Source: Camelus ferus (taxonomy: Eukaryota). From it: a DNA stretch of 64,000 bases. A program made the position numbers and the translations under genes. Of the stretch, positions 12,418 through 24,400 are shown one piece after another. Each line of letters begins with the position of its first letter. The stretch's first letter is position 1. The notes under the pieces are model-generated. The model saw nothing but the letters and a program-made list of their open reading frames with translations, had not been told where the DNA came from and ran no database searches. The stretch is taken from positions 25,482,001 through 25,546,000 of the forward strand of contig NC_045712.1 of the NCBI RefSeq assembly GCF_009834535.1. Reading direction: 5' to 3'.

Positions 12418-15400
12418 CTAGGCAGCCGAGGAAGTGGCACTTGTGTTGGCTGCTTTCTCCCAGTCCTCTACGGACACGATGGTGGCTTTGCAGAAAAAGC
12501 AATCCTTGTTGTTCATCAGGTGCTGGTTGATGCAGGCTCTACAACAGGGGATGGCATGTGGGCGGCCTGTGTGTCCCTGCTGTTCCCTGCCCAACCTCCT
12601 GTGCCTGTGGGGCCCACTTACTTGCAAGACTTGTGGCCACAAGGCTGGAACACAGCAGAAATGGGGTGAGCATAGCAGATGGGGCAGAGATCTTCCTCAC
12701 TGGTGGGCTGCAGGGAGCAGAGTACAGGGTGGGCTGGAGTTGGATGCCCAGACAAATCGACATATACTGTGCACACAATTGTGCTGATAAGTATTTGGGT
12801 GGTGTGGACCCACATGCTGTGGCTTCACTCACCAGGGAGGCAGCTGCTGCCTGGGCAGATGCAGAGGTCAGGTGTGCCAGCATCTGTTCCACTAGGGCCA
12901 GCTCCTCCACACTAATGTAATCTGTGTCTGGGGAGTGGTAGGAGGTATCAGGCCAAATGTGGCCTGAGAACCCAGTGCCTCTTGAATACTCCCAGCTTGG
13001 GAATTTGTTCTTAAGACTGCCGACCTGGCCCAGCCCCAAATCCCTCTCTCCCCTGACCCACCCCCAGCCCACTCACAGCTCTGTAGGGAGAAGCGCTTCC
13101 GGTCAGGGGCAGGCAGGGCAGTGCCAGGGGCCGGAGGCTCTGGCTGCCCCAGGAGATAGCATATAGAGCGGAGCTGGAAGCAGGGATCAGCCAGGAGCAC
13201 TGATGTGGATCGCTCTCTCCTAAGTGGGAGAGGGTGCCAAGGGTAGTCAGAAGGCTGCGCCTGTCTTGAAATCAATGTCTATTGAAGAGGTGGGGTGGTG
13301 TGACAATCCAACCCACTTGCATTATTGACCCCTTCACTTCACCCCATCCCTAGACTTCTCAGCAGTCCCCCTCAACTAAGTCCAAAATCCCCATAAGACC
13401 CACATAGCCAAGGTACCAGTTTTAAGGAGGCTCAGGGTAAATTGTGATATTCCACCTATCCCCCTAATATATAACTCCTCAAAGAAAACACATTAGCAGC
13501 TTAAAACTATGCTTCCCAGGTTTCCCCTTCTCTTCTGGGAGATGAGTGCTCTGGAAAGCTGCAGGCCAAGTGCAGGCTGAGGCGTTGGGGGACAGACTCG
13601 TGCCCCCTCTGGCGGCCACGCGGGGTCAGTGATCGCCAGGGGGCGTGGCTGCCCCGCCCCCTCAGTGAGAGCCAATGGGAGCCTGAGGCCCCGCCTCCTG
13701 AGCAATCGCCTCCCAGAAAGTATTTAGAAGCTGAGCCTTCAGGAGGGCGCTCGGAGAGAGCTGGGAAAAGCGGAGGAGGAAATACTGAGCAGAGCGTGGC
13801 CTTAGCTCGCAACTACAAACCTGGAACCAGGGAGCGGGAGCAGCCGGCCTCGTGGGGCGGAGCCCGCACCCTGCCTCTCCAGCCATCAGTCATTTAGCGC
13901 CCAGCACGTCGAGCCAGAGAAGTGGGTGAGTCTCAGATCTGCGTCCTAAGCGGAGCTGCCTTGTCCCACCCCTGGTAGTGGCAGCCATGGCCCGGCTAGT
14001 GCTGCAGGGCACACTGCTGTGCATGCTGCGCATCGGGTTAGGCATCCCGGACTCCGAGGGCTTCTTGCCCCCTGGGCCCCATAATTGCCCCTACAAATGT
14101 GTCTGCACTGCCGACCTGCTGAGCTGCACCGGCCTGGGGCTGCAGGATGTGCCGGTTGCATTACCAGTCACGGCTGCAGACCTCGACCTAAGCCACAATG
14201 CGCTCCAGCACCTGCGCCCTGGCTGGTTGGCGCCCCTCTCCCGGCTGCGTGCCCTGCGTTTAAATCACAATGAGCTGAACGTGCTCGGTCGTGGAGTCTT
14301 CAACAATGCCAGCGGCCTCCGGCTGCTTGATTTATCATCTAATGCCCTGCGGGCTCTTGGCCGCCACGACCTCGATGGGCTAGGGGCACTGGAGATGCTG
14401 CTGCTGTTCAATAACCACCTGGCACACTTGGACGAGCATGCCTTCCACGGCCTGCGTGCGCTCAGTCGTCTCTATCTGGGCTGCAACCAACTCGCATCCT
14501 TCTCTTTCCACCATCTGCACGGTCTGGGTGCCACCCACCTACTTACTCTGGATCTCTCCTCCAACCGCCTGGGACGCATCTCCATACCTGACCTGGCTGC
14601 ATTGCCAGCCTTTCTCAAGAACGGCCTTTACTTGCACAACAACCCATTACCCTGTGACTGCCACCTCTACCACCTGCTTCAGCGCTGGCACCAGCGGGGA
14701 CTAAATGCTGTGAGTGACTTCACACGCGAGTACACGTGCCTGGCCTTCAAAGTGCCCACATCCCGCGTGCGCTTCTTTGAGCACAGCCGTGTCTTTGAGA
14801 ACTGCTCAGCTGCCATGGCTCTGGGTCTAGAGCAGCCTGAAGAGCAGCTGCATGTGCAGGTGGGACGGTCCCTGAGGCTACACTGTAACACCAGTGCCCC
14901 AGCCATGCGCATTGCCTGGGTCTCGCCGCAGCATGAGCTGCTCGTGGCACCAGGATCTCGCGACGGCAGCATTGCAGTGCTGGCTGATGGCACCTTGGCC
15001 ATTGGCAACGTGCAGACAAGGCACCAGGGTGTCTTCGTGTGCCTGGCGACCGGGCCCCGCCTGCATCACAACCAGACACACGAGTACAACGTGAGCGTGC
15101 ACTTCCCACACCCTGAGCCTGAGGCTTTCAACACAGGCTTCACCACACTGCTGGGCTGTGCCGTAGGCCTGGTGCTCGTGCTGCTCTACCTATTCGCACC
15201 GCCCTGCCCTGGCTGCCGCCGCTGCTACCATCACACCTGCCACTGCCGCCGCTGGCCCCGAACACCCAGCCCACTCCAGGAGCTGAGCGCACAGTCCTCA
15301 GTGCTCAGCACCACGCCACCCAACGCATCCAGCCGCAAGGCCAGTGTCCACAAGCATGTGGTCTTTCTGGAGCCTGGCAGGAGGGGCCTCAATGGTCGTG

Positions 15401-18400
15401 TGCAGCTGGCAGTAGCTGAGGATTTCGACCTCTACAATCCCGTGGGCCTGCGACTCCAGGCTGGCTCTGAGTCTGCTAGCTCCACAGGCTCCGAGGGTCT
15501 GGTGATGACCTAGGCTGCCAAGGGCCCCCATCCAGGCCACCGCCTGCCCGCTGCTTGCCCTGTTCCTTGCTGCTGCCTAGAAAACTGCCAGATGCTGGTA
15601 GAAGCACTGGGCTTGGTCCTCCAGCCCCGATGTGGGCCTCAACATCAACCACAGTGACCCCACTCACTGGTACAGGGGTTGGGTTCCCCCGCCTCTCTCC
15701 TGCTCCACCCCAGCACAGGACCTAAAGGCCCCAGGCCATACCAGGGCCTGCTTGTGCCCACATTCCTTGGGACCTCCTGGCCAAATGTCCCATGAAGATT
15801 GGAACTGAGGCCCATCTGGAGGAACCCTTGCATTAGAGCCCCAGGTCCACTCTCAGGGGCTAAGGCAGCCCTCAAGGAGTGGCGGTAAAGGACTGAATCA
15901 TAACCGCTTTCCCCTTTCCAAGCGGATGGGAAGGGAATGGCCCACGGGGAACAAGGAGGAGGACCTCAAAGGAAGACGTAGCCCCCACCCTCAGAGTGGA
16001 AGGAGGAATTATAAGCCCTCCTTCTGGTGAAATACAACTCCCCATGCACCAACATCCAACCTACTTTAAGCATCACAAGTCCATCCAGAGTCTGGTGGGC
16101 AGGCATGAAACAGGCAAGGCTCCTCAAGAGACCCTCAGGGGCATCCACAGGCCACTCTGAGGGCAGAGCCTCTCCCATGGGCTCACAGGACAGCAGTAAG
16201 GGGCACCAGGGCCTGTGCCCCTAGCTTTTCAGCAGTAAAAAGCCTGCTGAGCACAGCCAAGATGGGAGGGCCGAGCCGGAACTCGCTGTCCCTCGAGAGT
16301 AGAATCCTCTTAAGGGCTGGCACTGGTCTCGGCCTAATGGCTGAAGCAGTGCCCTGGCTTCATATGCATCTCACCACTCCCACTGCAGGGAGGCAGGGAA
16401 GGGGGGGTCTGGGAACCCCTCCTGAGTGGGGGGCCCCTACAAGTGTCCTCGATCCAGTTACTGTGGAGTTTCTTAATAAAGGTAGTATATGCTCGTTGCT
16501 GGAGCCTTCAGACGCAGGTTAACGGTGTGTGTGCTCCTAATCCCAGCAGTGCCGTCCTAGACATCGCAGGATGGCACCCCGCCCCTACCATAGAGCCTTG
16601 GTTCCCCTGCCCCTGCCTGAGGCATAGCCACAGCCAGCAGCTCTGACCATGACCAGAGCACCCTGCTCTGCTGAAGTCCTGGCTTCTACTTAGAGCTGCT
16701 GCTGCTGTTGCACTGCCTTTCCTCCACCCTCAGACCTGATACTAAGGTCCCTGTGAGAGACAAGGAAACTGAGCTTTGGAGAGGCACTGCCCAGCCCCCT
16801 CCCCATCAGACAAGCCCAGCTCCCACAGGGGCCCCCAGTCCCCAACACTCACCCTGAGGCTGGGCCGTGCACCAGAAGCCGCACCAGGATGCCTGTCACT
16901 GCCACCAGAATAGGGTAGTGGTCCACGCTCTCTAGGCCTAAGAAGGGAAGGAAGGGGATGAGCTACGCATGCGCTCCTGCTGTAGGGGCTCCACCCCTGC
17001 CTGGCTGACGTCATCCATGCCTCCCACTGTCTTCCCCACAGAAGGGTGAGCTAGGCTGGGGGTGCCAAGCCTGACTGTCCCTGTACAGACTGTAGAATCA
17101 GGCAGCACTGCTCCTGGCAGAGAAACCAAGGCCTGTGGTGTGCTGGGTGCCGGGCATCTAGGTCCTCACCAGGCAGCCGCAGGGTGACTACACGATCAAA
17201 TAGGTTCCTCTCAGCTGTCACCCGGTTCAGCACCTGATTCAGCAGCTGTGAGGGCAGGAACCCATTGGTGGATAGGTGGGCTTACAATTGGGGTGTCCCC
17301 AGGGTGCCAACCCTCCTTGCCCAGATGGACATACCTGTGCAAGACGCCGCAGTAGCATCTCAGAGGTGGGCCGGGCCCAGTCGAGGAATATCTCAGGCAC
17401 CAGCGTGATGGTCATCTCTAAGACCCGCAGCAGGCTAACTGAGAGGTCAAAGCAGGTGGCACATACCTTGAGCTGCCGGCTGTCCACAAAGTTGCGCTCC
17501 AGGCGTTCAGCAGCCTGCTGGATCTGAGCCGCCAACAGAGAGATGGGCAGCAGTCAGTGGCCTGGCCATACCACAGGTCATGCCTCATCCTCTGCAGTTC
17601 CCTCACCCATGAGGTCGCCCCATGACCCACCTCCTGGATCATGCCGATGAACTCAGAGAAGGCCCAGTTGAGCTGGTTGAGGACACTGTTGAGGAAGCTG
17701 GGTGCCACGTCGGGACCCTCCCGCAGCAGGTCTGCCATGTGCTGCTGTAGCAGGGTGGAGGGGCAGGGCTCTGGGAGACGCGGGGAAGAGGAGCATCAGG
17801 GACTCCAGTCAGTGGCCCCTGCTTTTCTGCCTGTGCCCTCACTCACTGGGCTGTTGGTGTAAGGGCAAAGAGGCTCCCTGGGAATGCTCAGGTCATGATG
17901 GCAGGGGGACAGGGTGCAGTACCACCTGGGGGTTAGGTCTAAATCTGTCCCCTCCCTCTGCTGAGCAAACCGCAGGCTGCAGTTGTTCCCAGCACTACCC
18001 CGACCCGGTTCTAGAACAGCCTCCTAGCCCCAACCCGATCCCCAGCAAGTTCTCAGTAACATGCCCTTCAGGAGAGGGCTAGACTTAGACAGAGTAACCT
18101 AGACTCCTCCACTCCTATCAAGGCCATTTCTCCCAAGAGCCTAATCGGAGCCGTGCCATCCTCCACTGTCCTCTGCTGCCCTTGGCCTGGCCTTGGCACA
18201 TGGCCAAAGTGGTGGGTGCCAAGTCTGAGCTGACAGGCGGCAGTAACCAGAGCCCTCAGCTGCACCCAGGCTGGGTATACCTCCCCCGCGCTAATCAATA
18301 GTTCCTGCAGCAGCAGGATGTGAATCTGGCCCCACTGCTGCTCTCCATGTGCAGCACAGGCCCACCCTGGAGGCAGGATCCTGACAACCAGCAAGGACTT

Positions 18401-21400
18401 GCTTTGTGACTTTGCACAAGGCACTCAGGCTCTAGGGACCCCTTTGGTCCTAAACACTGCCCACAAGGGCAGAACCATCCATGTGGGCCAAGGAGAACCA
18501 TTGTAGGGTGAGTACAGCAGGTGGCAGGCAGACTCTGCAAGCAGGACAGCCTGAGACTCGGGGCTGGGCCTAGTGAGGGTCCTCAGGCTCACAGGGCTTT
18601 GCAGCGCCACAGGCACAGGACAGAATGCAGCCTTTGCTCCCAACCAAAGGCTCCTTCCTCCAGGAAGCTCCATGGACACCCTGTGGGGCCCTGGCCAACC
18701 CCTAGCTTATGCCTCTGCCTTGACTCAGGTATCCAGGGCCTGGCACCAGCAGATAGAAATGAAGGGGCAGAACATGGTGTTGGGACAAGGCTAGAGATCA
18801 GGGAGCTGGCTCAGAGGGCAAAGGACAGTGTCCTCACTTTGCATAAGCTGCCAGCAGCCTGGGAAGATGCTGCCCCTTTTCACTGTGACCCATGCAGAGT
18901 GTTCAGGATCAAAGGGCACATGTGGAACTGGAGAGTAAGGGAACTTGAGTGTCCTTGCACTGAGAAGAAGCAGGGAAACAGAAACCACATGGGACAGACA
19001 GGGAGTTTGGACCCAACATCAGTCCAGGACTAGGGCTGGAGGAAGTGGGAAAAGTCTGAGAGAAACTTAGAGCAGTGGGCAAGGGCCCCCAGCCTGTAAA
19101 ACTGGATACTCACTCTGGAGGCTGGGTAAATTGGCATCCTCAGGTTTGGTTTTCAGCAGGTGTGGCAACCGAGTATAGCGGTACCCGAACCCACAGCCCT
19201 AGGGGTGGGGTCAGTGGGAGGTCAGTGGGGCAGGGCAGGGCACCCCTCCCTCATCCCCACCAGCCAGTTACAGCCACCCCGCCTCCAGCCAGGCTTACCC
19301 TCCAGAGCCGCACCAGGATCCAGTTGGTCTGGGCCCAGGGCCGCTGCTCATAGGGAGCCAGGAGGCTCCTCACCATGGCGATGCGCCTGCAAGGGCAAGG
19401 GGTGGTCGGGCACGTGGTAAGGCTGGGCATGGTGCTGTGCAGGCCAGAGTGCATGCCCCCCCCTGCCCCTGGGCCCCAACTCACTGCTCCTCAGGGATCC
19501 GCTCCACAGCCCGCAGGGAGTTTGGGTAGCACACATAGCTGGCCAGGGCCTGCATCAGTGAATCACGGATGTCTGCCAGAACAGGCCATGCCTCAGCAGG
19601 ACCAGGCATGAGCCCTGGTCCCCATGCATCACTCCTACCTGGCTGGCATTCTACACAGAAAATAGCCAGCCAGAGGTGCCACCCCATCCCCATCCCCCGA
19701 GCCCTCTGTAGGGCACCTCACCAGTACCCACGATGCGTGTGTCAGCAAAGTGTTTGGCAAGGATGGCAGCCAGGCGGGTCAGGGTCTCTTCGTAGCCTGC
19801 AGAGTTGGGTAGTAGGAGCAGCTGACTAGGAGTATAGATTCCAGGGGCAGGCACATCCCTTGGTGGGTTGGCTTGGGTAGCAGGTCCAGAGCTGGCTCCA
19901 AGGGCCAGTATGAGCCTAAGCCAGCATCTGAGGACCTCAGGCAGGGCATTCACTAACAGCTGGCGAGATGCTAAGCCACAGACTCACTACAGGGGTTGGG
20001 CGGGTCCCAGTGGGAAGACAGGTTCTGGTAAGAGTTCTGCCCGGGCTCAAACCCACCTCAGCACACATATCTTGAGCAGTCAAAGCCCCTGGGGCACCCA
20101 GAGCTCTACCTCTTGAGAACAAAGCCTGCATCTAGGCCTAGGGCAGGGCAGGGGGCCTGACAGCTCCCAGCCTGATCCCGACATCAACTGCCAAGCCCAG
20201 CCTGGAATCAGTGGTCTGCAAGAAGCCCAGACTCCTACGTGGCCACCAGCAGGGCTGCCCACCCCTTGCTGTGATCTGCCTGGGATGCCACACCCCATGG
20301 CCAGTGCCAGGGCGGCAGGATGAGAGGCCAGCTGGCTCCTGGGCCCCAGCAGCACCAAGAAGGAAGTGAAAGCCAGGGCAGGGCGGGTTGACCCCACACC
20401 CTGTACTCCATTTTGTCTGTTTCCCTCCCAACACCAGGGAGGAGCTGTTGGTTGTGGCTGCTGGTCCTAGAGCAGGGCTCTCCACCCATTGGGACTTCTG
20501 CAAATTCTTACTTGATGCTGGGCAGGGCAGAGTAGGACTTGCCTCACCTCCTTCTCATAGGGATGTGTGCTGCTGGACCATGAAGGCTCAGCAAGGCTGT
20601 AAGGGCTCACTCCAAAGACCCCCTTTACTGCCCCCTCCCAGCCTGCGTGGCCCCATCACCTGGGAGCTCCTCCACGCTGTGCACGGGGCCAAAGTAATTC
20701 TTGAGGGCGCTGTAGCTGTTGATGGCCACGCTCAGGTAGAACTCAGGCATGAAGGCAAAGAGAGAACCCGTGTGGTCGCCATGCTCGATGGTCCGCAGGC
20801 AGACGCGCAGCAGCCAGTAGATGTCCTGCATCTTCTCCTGCGGGAGACACATGCACGCTGCTGGGCTGTTCACAGGAAGGGGCACGGGGCACGGTCCCGT
20901 CTGGGGATTAGGAAGGGCCTCCCAGGACTACGACATGAGAACTGAGAACTGGATTTCCAGAAGTGGGAGCAGTGGCTCAGGCAGGGACGATCAAATACTG
21001 GTCTGGGCAGGCAAGAAGGGCCACCCAGTCTGGAGAGGGTAGCACTACAACCCAGACCAGAACTCTGATTTGCATTTTTTTTAAGGTACAGAAGGTTTTA
21101 AGTGAGAGAGTGTCATGTGATCAGAAGTCTGTGTCAGAACACTGCCCAGAGCAGAAGGGGCTGCAGGGGCAGGTGGGGACAAGGAGTGAGGAAGCAACAG
21201 CCTCATCCAAGCCCAAGACAGCAAGGGGACTGGATGGTCAGGAATGGGGATGCACCAGTGGGCTGTGGGGACAAGGGAATGGGCCCACATTTCTGGGGAG
21301 TGATGGGCCCTCCATGCAGGTCACAAGTACCAGAGGGGAAGCAAGCCTGGTGCAGGGCAGAGAGCATGTGGCTTAGGATGTGTGGAGCACGAGGTACCTA

Positions 21401-24400
21401 GTGATGTCCCCAAAGAGGTAGTGTTGAGGAGGCAGGTAGAAACTTGGTCTGGAGCTCAGAGAAGGTCGTGGGAGGGCCAAAGGCAGCGTGACTGCTAGTG
21501 GACCAGAGGCCACAGAAAGCAGACAAAATCTGCCAAGGGCCCTGTTCCTCACAATATAGGTTCCAGACAGTCTACTGGGATCCCACAGAAGGGCCCAGAA
21601 GGGGTCACCAACCAGAACCAACCAACCCTAGGCCCCAGCCCAGACTCACAACACCCACATCTCTTGGAGTGGAGCCGGAGCATTGGGACCTTCCACCAGC
21701 TCTCTGCTGTGCTCTCAAACCTGAGAACCCATGGAGATGTAATCAAGAAGTCAGAGGGTGGGCCTGGGAGTACACATAGGAAGTGAGCCAGAAGGCCTGC
21801 GGGGAGCCGGCGCCAGAGAAGACCAAGTCTGGGGATGACAATGGCACTGATGCAGCCAAGGGACCACTGAAATGGGAGAGGAGACGTGTCTGCAAAGGGA
21901 GAGGGGTGAGTGCGATAGAGACCTCGTAAGATTATTTCAGAGCAGAGGATCCTGAGCTGGGCCAAGAGTGAAGGGAAGATAAGGAAGCTAAAACACAGAG
22001 AAGGAAGGAGAGAGTGGCAGCTGTTAAGCAGATGTGACATCAGGGAAAGGCGTCGTGGGCTTTTCTTTCACTAATGGGAGAAACGAATGAACAGGAGGCA
22101 TGCACTGATAGCACTGAGGATGCAGAAGAAACAAAGGCAGTTCAGGGTAATTAAGGCTGTTACTACCAAAAGTGCACAATCAACATACTCAACGGTGAAA
22201 GACTTTCCCCTCAGAGCAAGAACAAGACAAGAACGTCTGCTTTCACCACTTCTATTCAACTTGGTATTGGAAGTTCTAACCAGAATTAGGCAAGAAAAAG
22301 TAATAAAAGGGAGGGAGGGAGTAAAATTATCTGTTTGCAGATGACATGATCATGTAGAAGACCCTAAAGACGCCACCAAAAAACTGTTAGAATAAAGGAA
22401 TTCAGAAAATTTGCAGGATACAAAACCAGCAAATCAACTGTGTTTCTACATACAAGCAATGAACAATCCAAAAAAGAAATTGAGAAAATGATTCTATTTA
22501 CATTAGTATCAAAAAGAATTAAACAGATGTGAATTTAACCAAGGAGGCGAAACACTTGTACACTGAAAATTACAAAATGTTGTTCAAAGAAATGCAAAAA
22601 GGCACAAACAAGTGGAAAGACATCTTGTGTTCATGGACTAGAAGACTTAATATTGTTAGATGTTAATACTACCCAAAGTAATTTGCAGTTTTAATGCAAT
22701 TGCTATGAAAATCCCAATGGCTTTTTTTTTGGCAAAAAGAGAAAAATTCTATTCTAAAATTCATATCCAATTTATATCTCAAGGGACTCCAAACAGACAA
22801 AACAATCTTGAAATAGGACCAAATTGCAGATCTTATACTTCCTGATTTCAAAACTTATTGCAAAGCTACAATAAATCAAAACAGTGTGGTACTGGCATAA
22901 ACACATACATATAGACCAATGGAGTAGACAGGCCCCCCAAACAACCCTCACACACATGTTCAGATGATTTTTGACAATGGTGCCAAGGTCGTTCAATGGA
23001 GAAAGGACAGTCTATTCAATAAAGGGTGCTAGGAAAACTGGATAGCCACAAGCAAAAGAATGGCATTGTACCATACCTCACATCACATACAAAAATTAAC
23101 TTGAAATAGATCAAAGACAAACTTAAAAACTATAGAACTCTTAGAAGAAAACACAAGAGAAAAGCTTCAGGACCTTGATTTCTTGGATACAACAACAAAA
23201 ACAAGGCAAGGAAAGAAAACAGATAAATGGACTTCATCAAAATTTAAAAATATGCATCAAAATTTTAAAAGTGCATCAAGTGACATAATCAACAGGGTGA
23301 AAAGGTGACCCCAAAAATGGGAGAAAAATATTTGTAAATCATAATCTGATAAGGGGTTAATATCCAGAATATATAAATAAAAAACAACCAAATAATAAAA
23401 CAGCAAATGGACTTGAATACATTTTTCTCTAAAGAAAGATATACAAATGGCCAATAAGCACATAAAAACATCCTCAGTATCACTATCATTAGGGAAATGC
23501 AGATTGAAACCACAATGAGACACCACTTCACACAAATTAGGATGACTATTATAAAAAATAAAAATTATAGTACCAGGTGTTGGCAAGGATGGGAAGAAAT
23601 TAGAACCGTGTGCCCTACTGTAGGGAATGGTGCAGTCNNNNNNNNNNNNNNNNNNNNNNNNNNNNNNNNNNNNNNNNNNNNNNNNNNNNNNNNNNNNNNN
23701 NNNNNNNNNNNNNNNNNNNNNNNNNNNNNNNNNNNNNNNNNNNNNNNNNNNNNNNNNNNNNNNNNNNNNNNNNNNNNNNNNNNNNNNNNNNNNNNNNNNN
23801 NNNNNNNNNNNNNNNNNNNNNNNNNNNNNNNNNNNNAAAACGGGGTCCATACATACAATGGAATAGTAGCCTTAAAAAGGAATGAAATCCTGACACGGGC
23901 TACAATGCAGGTGAATCATGAGAACATTATGCTAGGTGAAATAAGCCAGTGAAAAAGATTCCACTTATAGATGAGGTACCTAGAGTAGTTAGATTCATAG
24001 AGACAGAAAGCAGAATGGTGGTTCTCTTCAGGGACTGAGGTGGGCGGCGGGGGGATGGGGAGGTAGTGGGGAGAAGTTTCAGTCCTGGGAGATGAAGGTT
24101 GCATGGCCATGTGAATATACTTAACACTACTGAACTGTACATTTGAAACAATTAAGACAGTAAATTACATATTGTATTCCACAGTTTGAAAAAATGGTTA
24201 AAGTGGTAAATTTTATGTTATGTACGTTTTACCACAATTTAAAAGGAAGATGATCTAGAGATGGGAGGATGAGGTTCCTAAGAAGACGGTGTGGGAGGAG
24301 GCAGCAAGACTGCCTTGGGAGGTGGACAGGCAGGAAGTCCCGGCGGTGGGGAGGAGAGGAAGTTCCCTGACAGTGACCATCTTGGTGAGGCTGGAGCAAG

